A DNA stretch of 64,000 bases from an uncultured Gemmatimonadales bacterium (lineage in GTDB: Bacteria; Gemmatimonadota; Gemmatimonadetes; Longimicrobiales; Gaopeijiaceae), in NCBI GenBank assembly GCA_963823035.1, contig CAWGKG010000004.1, positions 96,001 through 160,000 on the forward strand. Direction: 5' to 3'. Position 1 is the stretch's first letter; every line of letters begins with the position of its first letter. The notes below the pieces were generated by a model that ran no database searches, was not told where the DNA came from, and worked only from the letters and a program-made list of their open reading frames with translations. This document shows, piece after piece, positions 8,355-19,044 of this stretch. Made by a program: the position numbers and the translations under genes.

Positions 8355-11047
8355 GCGAGCGGGACGAGCGCGGTCCACGGAGTGGCACGGGGCGGGCACG
8401 GCGCGCCTTCCGCATGCCCGCGGAAGAAAGCAGGATCGCGGACGAGGTGGACGAGGAGGTGCGCTTCCACCTGGAGAGGAAGGTGGAGCGGCTCGTCGCG
8501 GAGGGAATGGCCGAAGAGGACGCCCGCCGGGAGGCGCTGCGCCGGTTCGGCGACGTGGACGACGTCAAGGAACGGATGACCCGGGAAGGGGAGGTGGGGA
8601 TGAGGTGGACCGACAGGTGGGAGCGCTTCCGGCAGAACCTGCGCTACGCGCTCCGACAGATCGTGAAGGCGCCGGCGTTCACGGCCGTCACCGTGCTGAC
8701 GCTCATGCTCGGCATCGGTGCGACGACGGCAATCTTCTCGGTGGTGGACGGGATCCTCTTCCGTCCGCTTCCCTTTCCGGAGCCGGACCAGCTCACCGTC
8801 GTATGGGCGGATATGACGCGTGCCGGCGGGCCGGTCGACGAGTGGATGAACTTCCCGAACTACGCCGACCTGAAGGAGCGCTCGCGCACCCTGCAGGCGG
8901 TGGGGGCGTGGGACGGCGGCCCGATCACCCTGACCGGTCGCGGCGAGCCGGAGCAGGTCGCGGTGGGCGTGGTGACGTACGGGACGCTCTCGGAGGTGCT
9001 GCGGGTGAGCCCGGCGCTCGGCCGCGGCTTCACCTCCGAGGACGACCGTCCTGGGGCGCCCGGCACCGTCCTCCTGGCCGACGGGTTCTGGCGGCGCGCC
9101 TTCGGAGCCGACGCCGCGGTGGTCGGCACGACCCTCACGCTGAACGACGAGCCATACACGGTGCTCGGCGTGCTTCCGGCGGGCTTCGACGCGCCGTTCC
9201 TCCCGAACACCGACGTGTGGATGCCGATGCGTCAGAACGCCGCGGACAACCAGTGCGGCCGCGGCGGCGCCTGTCTGCACGTGGTCGCGCGGCGCGCGGA
9301 CGGGGTCACCCTCGATGCGGCTCGGCGCGAAGCCGACGACATCGGACGCCAACTCGAGGAGGAATATCCGCAGGAGAACGCCAACGTCGGCATCACGCTG
9401 CGCTCGCTGCAGGGCGACCTGGTGTCGGACTCGCGCACGGGTTTGCTCGTGCTCCTGGGGGCGGTCGGCTTCGTGCTCCTCATCGCCTGCGTGAACGTGG
9501 CGAACCTCCTCATGGCACGAGCCACCTCGCGCGGATCGGAGCTGGCGGTGCGCTCGGCGCTCGGCGCGGCGCGGGGAAGGCTCGTCGAGCAGCTCCTCAC
9601 GGAGAGCGCCGTGCTCGCCCTTCTCGGTGGAGGGCTCGGGCTCCTGCTCGCGTACGTCGGCACGGACCTGCTGGTGTCGATCGCACCCGCGAACACCCCG
9701 AGGATCGAGGGCGTGGGCGTGAACGGGCGCGTGCTCGGTTTCACCGTGGGCGTGACCGTCCTCGCGGGCATGATCTTCGGGCTGGCGCCCACGCTGCGCA
9801 GCGTGCGCGGCGATCTGTTGGCCGGCCTGAGGGAAGGCGGCCGGGGAGGCGCCGGCGGCGCCGGCGGCATGCGTGCGCGCAGCGCGCTCGTGGCGGCCCA
9901 GGTCGCGCTCGCGCTCGTCCTCCTGGTCGGAGCCGGCCTCCTGGTGCGGAGCTTCCGCAACCTGCGTGCGGAGGATCTCGGCTTCCGGGCGGACGGCGTG
10001 GTCGCCCTGCAGCTCGGCCTTCCCGCGTCGCGCTATCCGGATGCGGATGCCCGGCGCGGCTTCGTCCACACCGTCGAGGAGCGCCTGGGCGCGCTCCCCG
10101 GCGTCGACGCGGTGGGCAGCACCTCCTGGCTCCCGCTCACCGGCTTTGGGACGGATACCGGTTTCAACATCGAAGGCCGTCCGCTTCCTCCACCGGGGCA
10201 GAACCAGGCCGTGTGGTTCCGGCGCGTCTCGCCCGGGTTCCCTGCCGCGATGGGGATGCGCCTGGTGGCCGGCCGCTGGCTCACGGCCGCGGACGACGAG
10301 AACGCACCACCGGTGGTGGTCATCAACGACGGGATGGCGCGGCGCTTCTTCCCCGACGAGAGCGCGATCGGGCACCGTATCAACCTCGGTGACCCCTCGA
10401 ACCCGAGGTGGCGGGACATCGTCGGCGTGGCCGCGGAGGCTCGGTACTTCGGCATCCGCGACGAGAGCCGCGACGCGCTGTACCTCCCCTACGACCAGGC
10501 GCCGAGCGCGTCGGTATTCGTGACGCTGCACGCGTCGAGAGCCGCCTCGGCCCTCGCGGGCGAGATCCGCGCGGTGGTCGCCGAGCTGGATCCGTCGCTC
10601 GCGGTCGCGAGCATCGAGCCGATGGACGCCCTCGTGGCCGACGCGTTGGGGCCCGAGCGCTTCGTCACGATGCTTCTCGGCCTCTTCGCGGTGGTCGCGC
10701 TCGTGCTGGCCGTGGTCGGCCTGTACGGTGTCGTGTCCTACGGCGTGAGCCAGCGGCTCCGCGAGATGGGCGTGCGCCTCGCGCTCGGCGCGGAGGGCGG
10801 GGACATCCGCGACATGGTCCTGCGCCAGAGCCTGACCGTGGTGGGGGCGGGCCTGGTCCTGGGGGTGGTGGGCGGGCTGTCCCTCACGGGCCTCATGGAC
10901 AACCTGCTCTTCGGCGTGACCGCTACCGACCCGTGGACGTATGGGGTGGTGGCGCTCGTGCTGGGGCTGGTGGCCGTGGCGGCGAGCGCGCTCCCCGCGC
11001 GCCGCGCCGCGCGGGTGGATCCGATCCAGGTGTTGCGCGCCGAATAA
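8351..11047 (+). CDS. ADOP-family duplicated ABC permease with N-terminal permease-prefix domain
   Basis: DEEVRFHLE..ARREALRRFG prefix, LGIGATTAIFSVVDGILFRPLP, IACVNVANLL, and PARRAARVDP C-terminus. Intact ORF. Confidence 0.93.
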   Translation: MSERDERGPRSGTGRARRAFRMPAEESRIADEVDEEVRFHLERKVERLVAEGMAEEDARREALRRFGDVDDVKERMTREGEVGMRWTDRWERFRQNLRYALRQIVKAPAFTAVTVLTLMLGIGATTAIFSVVDGILFRPLPFPEPDQLTVVWADMTRAGGPVDEWMNFPNYADLKERSRTLQAVGAWDGGPITLTGRGEPEQVAVGVVTYGTLSEVLRVSPALGRGFTSEDDRPGAPGTVLLADGFWRRAFGADAAVVGTTLTLNDEPYTVLGVLPAGFDAPFLPNTDVWMPMRQNAADNQCGRGGACLHVVARRADGVTLDAARREADDIGRQLEEEYPQENANVGITLRSLQGDLVSDSRTGLLVLLGAVGFVLLIACVNVANLLMARATSRGSELAVRSALGAARGRLVEQLLTESAVLALLGGGLGLLLAYVGTDLLVSIAPANTPRIEGVGVNGRVLGFTVGVTVLAGMIFGLAPTLRSVRGDLLAGLREGGRGGAGGAGGMRARSALVAAQVALALVLLVGAGLLVRSFRNLRAEDLGFRADGVVALQLGLPASRYPDADARRGFVHTVEERLGALPGVDAVGSTSWLPLTGFGTDTGFNIEGRPLPPPGQNQAVWFRRVSPGFPAAMGMRLVAGRWLTAADDENAPPVVVINDGMARRFFPDESAIGHRINLGDPSNPRWRDIVGVAAEARYFGIRDESRDALYLPYDQAPSASVFVTLHASRAASALAGEIRAVVAELDPSLAVASIEPMDALVADALGPERFVTMLLGLFAVVALVLAVVGLYGVVSYGVSQRLREMGVRLALGAEGGDIRDMVLRQSLTVVGAGLVLGVVGGLSLTGLMDNLLFGVTATDPWTYGVVALVLGLVAVAASALPARRAARVDPIQVLRAE

Positions 11048-11066
11048 GAGCGGGCGAGGGTCATGG

Positions 11067-11645
11067 ATGGGGACGAGGCGCTGGGTGATGCCGTGCGTGG
11101 CCACGCTGGCCGTGGGCCTCGTTGCGTGCGCGCGGGTCGGCGTGGCGGGGGCCACCCGAGCGACCCCCTCCGCTCCGTCCCCCGCCGCGGTGGTGGCCGC
11201 CGCCGATTCCTGTCCGGCCACGCGCGGCGAGGCCGTGCTCGCGCTCGTGAACCTGCGGCGCGCCTCGGCCGGGCTGGAGCCCCTCGAGGTGGACCTCCGG
11301 CTGATGGCCGCCGCGCAAGCGCACGCCGAGGATCTCGTGGCCATGCCCGGCGTGCCCGCGCACGAGGGCTCGGACGGGAGTGCGCCGGCGGATCGTGCCG
11401 ACCACGCCGGCTACCCATGGGTGCGCATCGGGGAGAACGTCGCGAGCGGCACGCCGACGGCGAGCACGGTCGTGGCGCTGTGGATGAACTCCAGGGGCCA
11501 CCGACACAACATCCTCACGCCGGAGTTCCGGGACGCCGGCGTAGGCGTGGTGGACGTGCCAGGATCGGCGTGGGGCACGTACTGGGTGATGATGTACGGC
11601 CGCACCGACGATACGGAGCGGAGTACCGTCCGTTGCCACCCATGA
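11067..11645 (+). CDS. CAP/SCP-domain lipoprotein
   Basis: LVN..RA, AAQAHAEDL, GENVASG, WMNSRGHRHNIL motifs. Lipobox LVAC. Confidence 0.88.
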   Translation: MGTRRWVMPCVATLAVGLVACARVGVAGATRATPSAPSPAAVVAAADSCPATRGEAVLALVNLRRASAGLEPLEVDLRLMAAAQAHAEDLVAMPGVPAHEGSDGSAPADRADHAGYPWVRIGENVASGTPTASTVVALWMNSRGHRHNILTPEFRDAGVGVVDVPGSAWGTYWVMMYGRTDDTERSTVRCHP

Positions 11646-11732
11646 CGCGTCTCGACGGAAGGGGCGCCCAGGACCCGCCGCCCGTCACATCCGCAGACGC
11701 GCGGTCGTCTCTGGAGGAGGAGGGATGTTCCC

Positions 11733-12125
11733 ATGCGACGACCCGTGCACACATGGCTCGCGACGACCGCGACGCTCCTCGCGCTCCTCGGATGCGCGAG
11801 CGACCTGCTGCTCGGGCCGGATGCGGCCCAGGGGATCGACGGTCTCGTCCTCCTGGGCCCGCTCTGCCCGGTGGTGACGGAGGAGAACCCGTGCCCCGAT
11901 CGGCCGTACGCGGCCACGATCGAGGTGCGGGACGGCGGAGGCGCGACGGTCACGACGGTCCGCAGCGGCGAGGACGGGCGCTTCCGTATCGGCCTCGAGC
12001 CGGGCCACTACCGCCTCGTCCCCGAATCCGGGGATCCGCTGCCGCGGGCCGGGCCGATGGACATCGACGTCCCGGCGGGAACGTGGGTGCAGGTCACCGT
12101 GGGCTACGACACGGGGATCCGCTAG
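11733..12125 (+). CDS. Lipoprotein with carboxypeptidase-regulatory-like (prealbumin-fold) domain
   Basis: Lipobox LLGC, GP.CP..CPDRP, DGRFRIGLEPGHY and C-terminal DTGIR. Confidence 0.7.
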   Translation: MRRPVHTWLATTATLLALLGCASDLLLGPDAAQGIDGLVLLGPLCPVVTEENPCPDRPYAATIEVRDGGGATVTTVRSGEDGRFRIGLEPGHYRLVPESGDPLPRAGPMDIDVPAGTWVQVTVGYDTGIR

Positions 12126-12817
12126 TCCCACCGACCCTTCTTCGCGCGCTTGTAGTGGCGCCGCGCCTTCGCCCGGTTGCCGCAGTCCTTCATGTCGCAC
12201 CAGCGGCGGCTGCGGTTCTTGCTCATGTCGACGAAGAGCCAGGTGCACGCGTCGTTGTCGCACTCCTTCACGCGCGTCAGGTCGCCCTCCGTGAGGAGCG
12301 CGCCCGCCGCCCACGCGACCGGCCACAGGTGCTGGGCCAGCGGCTCGTCGCCGCTCCCCCACCGCCACCTCCACCCCTCCCGGTCGCGATGCAGCGAGCG
12401 GTGGGCGGCGCCCTCCTTCAGGTAGACGTCCAACGCCTGCGACGTCCGGCCGGTGCCGGATCGGCTCCGGCCCCGACGGCGGAGAAGATCCGGTAGATCG
12501 TCTCGCGTAGCTCGACGGTCCGGGCCAGCACCGCCTCCGCATCGGCCGGACGCCGGGCCGCCTCGGCCCGCAGCGACTTCGCGCGATCGGCTCCGAGCAG
12601 TCCGGTCCGCTCGCCCCACACCACCACGTCCTCGTAGCGTCGGAGCTTGCTCTTCGGCTCCGGGCGGGAGCGGCCGCTGACCGTGTTGGACAGGTCCAGC
12701 GCCAGGTTCCCCCCTACCGGATCGTAGTCCTCGATCGGGGTCCAGGTCTCTTCCACGTATACCCCCAAAATGCACGTGACGGGTCAGGTTGGCTCCTTCA
12801 TCGTTGCTAACCATCAT
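12122..12817 (-). CDS. ABATE/CGNR zinc-finger protein, frameshifted (~12765, ~12445)
   Basis: GGNLALDLSNTV (ABATE) and CDNDACTWLFVDMSKNRSRRWCDMKDCGNRAK. The start could be the ATG at 12817/12814 or a codon near 12768. Confidence 0.85.
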   Translation of the reverse strand: MMVSNDEGANLTRHVHFGGIRGRDLDPDRGLRSGRGEPGAGPVQHGQRPLPPGAEEQAPTLRGRGGVGRADRTARSRSREVAAGRGGPASGRCGGGAGPDRRATRDDLPDLLRRRGRSRSGTGRTSQALDVYLKEGAAHRSLHRDREGWRWRWGSGDEPLAQHLWPVAWAAGALLTEGDLTRVKECDNDACTWLFVDMSKNRSRRWCDMKDCGNRAKARRHYKRAKKGRWD

Positions 12818-12839
12818 AAGCGATTTGGGTGGTTGCAAC
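12803..12839. promoter_or_regulatory. Inverted repeat overlapping the CGNR gene start, candidate autoregulatory operator
   Basis: GTTGC(T)AACCA...TGGTTGCAAC in a locally AT-rich patch. Confidence 0.5.
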
Positions 12840-12970
12840 AAGGAGCTGGGGACGATGCGGAGGACGACGGACGCGAAGGCGTCCGAGCGGGGGCCCGCCC
12901 GGCTCTTCGACAGCCCGGGGACGCGGCGTGGGAGGCGAGGGCGTTCCTCCACCCGCACCGAGCGCTGCGG

Positions 12971-15631
12971 CTACTCCGCCCTGAGCGTCTCCACGGGGTC
13001 GACCCGTCCGGCGCGGCGGGCCGGCAGCCAGCTCGCGAGCGCGGCCGTCCCGAGAAGGAGAACCGTCGCGCCCCCGAGTGCCCACGGGTCCCCGCCGCCG
13101 ACGCCCCACACAAGGCTCTCGAGGAGCCGGTTGGCCGCCCACGCGCCCACGAGCCCGACCAGCAGGCCCACCACCGCGAGGGTCACTCCGGCGCGCAGCA
13201 CCTGCGCCTGGATGCGCGCCCGCGTCGCTCCGAGCGCGAGGCGGATGCCGAGCTCGCGCCTGCGCTGACCAGCCACGTAGAGGAGCGTTCCGTACAGGCC
13301 GCCCGCGGCCAGGAGGAGCGCGATCACCCCGAAGGCGCCAAAGACGACCGACTCGAAGCGTCGCAGCGCCGTGGAGGCGTCGACCGCCTGCCGCATCGAG
13401 CGCACCGTCGGTCACCGGGAGGCTGGGCACGGCGGCCCACACCGCCGCCCGCAGGGCGGCGGGCATCGATCGGTTCGCCGAGGGGTCGACGTGCACCGCG
13501 ACCGTGGCCAGCGGGATCGGGAAGGGGAGCCGCTCCATCGGGAGGTAGAGCTGGTTGCCGATCTCCTGATCGAGACCGTAGTGGCGGGTGTCGGCCGCCA
13601 CGCCGACGACGATCGCCGGCAAGTTGGTTCAGCTTGACGGCGAGGCCCACCGCAGCCTCCGGCGTCCCGGCCATCTCGCGCGCGAGCGTGGCGTTCACCA
13701 CCATCGGCACGGGGTCCGCCCCCGCCTCGCCCTCCGTCCAACTCCGTCCGGCCACCAGCTCCACGCCGAGCGTCGCGAAGTAGTCGTCGCTGACCGGGTG
13801 GATCATGGAGTCGAGGGAACGGTCCTCCTCCCGTCCTGGTAGCGCGGCGCGCGAGCCCCAGCAGCACCGTGAGCCGCCCACGCGGTCCATGGGCACGGTC
13901 AGCCCGTACGCCGCGTCGCGCACGCCGGGGACCGACCTCACCTCGCGCAGGACGGCCTCCATCGTCTGGAGGTACTCGGCGGGGGTGTCGGGCTGGGGAA
14001 GGTTGAGCGGGACCGTCCAGACGTCGGCGACGGCGAAGCCCGGATCCTGCGCGCGCACGGCGAGGAAGCTCCGCAGGAGGAGCCCGGCGCCCGCCACCAG
14101 CACGAGGGACAGGGCCACCTCGCCGGCCACGAGCGTGCTGCGCAGGAGGCTGACCCCGCGGCCCGAGGTGGCCGAGCGGCCCGACAGGCGCAGCTCGTCG
14201 GCCAGCTCGTGGCGCACGGAGCGGAGCGCGGGGAGGAGGCCGAACACGAGCGACGTGAAGATCGAAACCGCGATCGCGAAGCCGAGCACCTGGAGGTCGA
14301 CCGCCACGGTGGCCTGGCGCGGAAGGGCCGTCGGGTTGAGCGCGACGAAGGCGCGGATCCCGCCCCAGGCCAACGCGCGACCCGAGGAGCCCGCCCGCCA
14401 GTCCCACCACCAGGCTCTCCACCAGGAGCTGGGCGGCGAGCGTCAGGGTGTCGGCGCCGAGCGCGCGCCGCACGGCCATCTCCCGCGTCCGTCCGAGCCC
14501 GCGCGCCAGGAAGAGGTTGGCGACGTTGGCGCACGCGACCAGCAGGAGGAGGCTCACCGCACCCATCAGGAGCCCGAGCCCCGTGCGCACGCCGCGTACC
14601 GTCTTCTCGGCGAGCGTCACGACCGGGACGTCCCGCGGCGTGCCGTCACGCTTGCGGTAGTTCTGGTGCACGTCCGCCATGCGCGCCAGGAGCGCGTCCA
14701 CCGCGTCCTGCACGGCCTCGCGCCGCACGCCGGGTGCCAGCCGTCCGGCGACCTCGAGCACGTGGTAGGTGTGTTCCTGCAGCTCCTCGGACGACCAGTC
14801 CAGCGGTCGCCAGACGTCGACGCGGCGGCCGACCAGTTGCTCGGGCGGCGTGAACGCGTCTTCCATGATCCCCACCACGGTGACCGCCGTGCCGTCCAGC
14901 TCGATGCTCCGTCCGACCACCGAGGGGTCCGCGCCGAAGACGCGCCGCCACGTGCCCGCGTCGAGCACGCCCACCTCCGGGCCCCCGAAGTCCTCGGGCT
15001 CCAGCAGGCGCCCACGCTGCGCGTGCGCGCCGAAGAGGTCGAAGAAGTCCCTCGAGATGCGCGCCTGTTCGATGCGGAGCGGATCTCCCTCTCCGACGAG
15101 GTTGATCCGGTCGGACCACGCGCCGGCCCACTCCTCGACACCGGAGACGGTGGGCAGCTCCCGGAAGAGAGGGCCCTGGAACGAGCCGTGGTCCAGCGTG
15201 ATCAGCCGGTCGGCGGCCGGGTAGGGGAGCGGTCGCAGGAGCACGTGGTCGACGAGCGTGAAGATCGTCGTCACCGCGCCGACGCCGACCGCCACCAGCA
15301 GGATCGACGTCAGCGAGAACGCCGGCGCCTTGCGCAACGAGCGCAGCGCGTACCGGAGATTGCGGATTCCCATGCCCCCCCTCCCGTGTCCGTGAACGTT
15401 GGCCGAGGTGCGTATCACCCCCGTGAACTCCAACCACTCCACCATCAGCACGCCCACCAGCGCGGCGAGGCTCCGCGCGGTCAGCAAGCACCTCCGCGCC
15501 GACCCCGGGGCGTCTGCGCGTAGCTCGGCGAACGCCTGCTCCATCTCGGCGCGGTCCTCGCGCAGGTCGGGCGGGAGGAGGCGCGCGAGCGCGCCGTAGA
15601 GCGCGACCGAGACGGGTCGCCGACGGGTCAT
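12971..15631 (-). CDS. ADOP-family duplicated ABC permease, frameshifted (~14375, ~13620, ~13410)
   Basis: NLRYALRSLRKAPAFS, VACANVANLFLARG, LYGTL..RRRELGIRLALGA and PARRAGRVDPVETLRAE. ATGA overlap with the upstream padR. Confidence 0.88.
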
Positions 15632-15952
15632 CTCCCCCTCGCCACCGCCGGGCGCGCCTGCGCCAGGAGACGCTCCAGACGCTCCACCTCGGCCCGCAGG
15701 ATCATCCGCCCGGGTCGGGTGATGCGGTGCGTGCGTCGCCGCTCGTCGGTGTCGTCGGCCTCCTCGATCCAGCCGAGGTCGCGCATGCGGCGCAGCACCC
15801 GGTAGAGGTTCGCCGGGTCGAGGAGCACCCCCGACGAGGAGCGGGCCTCGACGGCCTTGATGAGCCCGTAGCCGTGCAGCGGGCCCTTCCGCCAGCACGG
15901 CGAGGATGAGGAGGTCGCGGGGCGCCAGGGGGAGGTGGTCGGTGGGGTTCAT
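15628..15952 (-). CDS. PadR-family transcriptional regulator, frameshift near 15880
   Basis: RDLLILAVLAEGP-LHGYGLIK..DPANLYRVLRRMRDLGWIE..RRRTHRITRPG. Confidence 0.85.
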
Positions 15953-15957
15953 GTCGC

Positions 15958-15992
15958 TATCGGTAGAGTGACAGAGTGTCAATCTACAGATA
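15958..15992. promoter_or_regulatory. 16-bp inverted repeat operator upstream of padR
   Basis: TATCGGTAGAGTGACA-GAG-TGTCAATCTACAGATA (14/16 match). Contains TTGACA on the minus strand. Confidence 0.65.
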
Positions 15993-16116
15993 ACAGACCC
16001 GACGATCCTGTAAAGGGTTGCATGGCACGCTTCCCTCCCGGGGGGGGGAGGCGGCCAGCAGCGCGGCTCGGGCGCGTATCGTCTTGGCGAGGGCGGCGCG
16101 CGGAGCGTCGATCCTC

Positions 16117-16620
16117 CGGAGTCGAGCCCCATGTACGAAATGCCGAAATCGACGTGCACCAGATCGCCCGGCTGGATCACCGACGTCCTCGGTCGCGACG
16201 GCCAGGAAGCCCGCGCGAGCCGACCTCGGCCATCCCGTGGCGCTGGACGCGCAGGTCCGGCTGGAACCAGGTGCCGACCCCGCGCTCCCCGAGCGCGTCG
16301 TAGAGAAAGCGGCGCACATCGCCCACCGTGGTGACGCCGGGCTCGACCACCTGGGAGGAGAGCGCCCTCCGGGTGATCCACTCGGTGAGCGCGACGAGCC
16401 GGGCGTAGTGCTCGCGCTCCTCGGGGATGCGCGTCGCCAGGTACTCCTCGATCAGCGGCGCGGCGCTCGTGAACCGGCGCTCGGCCTCCGGCCCCATGGC
16501 GTCGGCGAGGAAACGGTACGCGTCGTGGCCGAGGCTCCGCGTCACGCCCCGGGCGCCCCCGATCCCCAGGCCGATCGCGCTGCGGGTGGTACGTGTCCCA
16601 CAGCTCGCGGAGCACATCCT
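16117..16620 (-). pseudogene. Internal fragment of an M24-family (Xaa-Pro) metallopeptidase
   Basis: EPGVTTVGDVRRF..WFQP..VIQPGDLVHVDFGISYMGLDS. Lacks the N-terminus and the C-terminal catalytic His/Glu ligands. Confidence 0.7.
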
Positions 16621-16730
16621 CCGCGGGCTCGGGCGCGTGTCGTCTTGTCGTGGACGGCGCGCAGAGCGACGATCCTCCCTTCGCCCAAACCGCTCAGGGA
16701 GACTCCGTGACACTCACCCACGCATCCTGC

Positions 16731-19015
16731 ATGCGCGTCGCAGCGCTGTGGACGGCCGTCGCCCTTTGGGGAGGGGCCGATGCGGGCTTCACTGCGTCGT
16801 AGCGCTCGGCGGCTCGCCGGTGACGGTCCGGCGCGGCGCAGTCGACGGACGAGACGGACGGCCGCCGCCGCCGGCCGGTGCGGTGACGCCGATCGACGTG
16901 GAGACGGCACCCCGGCCGGAGGCGCGGGCGACGCGCACGGACGCGCGCATCACGATCGACGGGATCCCCGACGAGGCCGCCTGGGCGGAAGCCGAGGAGA
17001 TCTCCGGCTTCATCCAGACCGTTCCGAGCACGGGGATGCCGGCTACCGAGCGCACGGTCGTACGCGTGCTCTACGACCGGGAGCGCCTGTACATCTCCGC
17101 GGTGTGCTACGACTCGGACATGAACGGCCTCATCGTGCCGAGCCTCGAGCAGGACTTCGAGACGCACGACTCCGACATGTTCGGCGTGACGATCGACACG
17201 TACCTCGACCGCCGGAACGCCTTCATGTTCCTCTTCAACCCGGGCGGCGCGATCAAGGACGGGCAGGTCTTCGACAACAGCCGGAACTACAACCTGCCGT
17301 GGGAAGGGGTGATGGAGTGGAAGGTGGCCCTCCTCGACTCGGCGTGGACCGTCGAGATGGCGATTCCCTTCACCACGTTGCGCTTCGCCGAGACCGACGG
17401 CGAGCAGGACTGGGGCTTCCAGTTCTCGCGGCGCATCCGGCGCAAGAACGAGGACACGTACTGGGCGCCACTCGCACGCCGCGAGCTGATCCACAAGATG
17501 TCGCGGGCCGGGACCATCCACGGGTTCCAGGGGCTGCGCGCGGGGCGGAACTTCTCGGTGAAGCCCTACGCCACCGCCTCCGACGCCTCCGGGTCGCTCA
17601 CCAGCAGCGGCGCGGGCGACTCGGGCTTCGACGGAGGCTTCGACGTCAAGTGGGGGATCACGCCGCGCATGACGGCGGACGCGACCTTCCGCACCGACTT
17701 CAGCCAGGTGGAGGTGGACCAGGAGCGGGTGAACCTGACACGGTTCAGCCTCTTCTTCCCGGAGAAGCGTGACTTCTTTCTGGAGAACGCGGGCACGTTC
17801 ACCTTCGGCGACGTCACGGAGCGCAACGTGCGCATGGGCTCGTCGCTCTCCGACTTCACGCTCTTCCACTCGCGCCGGATCGGGCTGGACGACGACGGCC
17901 TTCCGATCCCCATCCTCGGCGGTGGGCGCCTCACGGGACAGGCGGGGGCGTGGAACGTGGGGCTGTTGGAGATGCAGACGCGCGCCCGCCGCGGCTACCC
18001 CGCGGAGAACTTCGCCGTCGCGCGCGTACGCCGGAACGTCCTCGGCGACTCCGACGTCGGCGCGATCCTGGTGAACCGCCAGTCGACCGACGGGGCGGGG
18101 ACGTTCAACCGAAGCTACGGAGTGGACGCCAACCTGCACCTGCTCGGCTACCTGCTGGTGAACTCCTACCTGGCCGGCACGGACGACAGCGGCGCGCCCG
18201 CCGGCGACCGTTGGGCCGGCCGCCTGTCCGTGGCGTGGCGCGACCGGCTATGGGACGTGTCCACCTTCGTGAAGCAGGTGGGCGCGGCCTTCGACCCTGG
18301 CGTCGGCTTCGTGCAGCGCGCGGGCATCCGGGAGACCTACGCCACCGTGGGCGCGCATCCGGTCCCGGCCATCCCGAAGGTCCAGGAGCTGAACCCGTAC
18401 GGGGAGATCGCCTACGTCACGGACCCGGACGGCGGGCTGCTGACACGGATGGCGACGGCCGGGATCGGCGTGGACTTCCGCGACGGAGGCTCGTTCAAGG
18501 CGTCGTACACGGACCGCTTCGAGCGTCTCGAGGAGGACTTCGGCGTGCGCGCGGGCGCCACGGTGCCCGCGGGCGACTACGGCTTCGCGGAGAGCAAGGT
18601 GTCCTACCAGTCGAGCGCGGGTCGACACTTCTCGGGGAGCGTACAGGTCACTTCGGGCGGCTACTTCTCCGGCGACCGCACCTCGGTGGGGCTGGGCGCG
18701 CTATGGCGGGTGAACCAGCACCTCGCCTTCGACCTCTTCGCGGACCGCAACCAGATCACGCTGCCCGAGGCGTCCTTCACGGCGGACGTCTACGGCGGCC
18801 GCCTGAACTGGGCGCTGTCCACGCGCTTCTTCACGACGGCGTTCGTGCAGTACAACGCGCAGAGCGACGTGGTGTTCACGAACCTGCGCGTGAACTTCAT
18901 CCACGCGCCGCTCTCGGACCTCTTCCTCGTCTACACGGAGCGGCGCCGGACGGGCGGCGGGGGCGTGATCGACCGGCTGGTGAGCTTCAAGGTCACCAAG
19001 CTGGTGTCGTTCTGA
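16731..19015 (+). CDS. CBM9-like + DUF5916 outer-membrane protein (signal peptide apparently frameshifted)
   Basis: ITIDGIPDEAAW, WTVEMAIPFTTLRF, DFSQVEVD, FFPEKRDFFLE, FHSRRIG and terminal Phe. Confidence 0.85.
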
Positions 19016-19044
19016 GCGTAGCGCCGCAGATCGATGTCGGAGGG

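Noticed and set aside
8246..11344. Very long antisense or alternate-frame ORFs (for example 8246-11344 -, 25287-27827 +, 40628-42949 +)
   Set aside because: Shadow ORFs expected in high-GC DNA. They have no motifs and lie opposite clear genes.
16022..16040. TGGCACG as a sigma-54 -24 element
   Set aside because: No GC at the -12 position.
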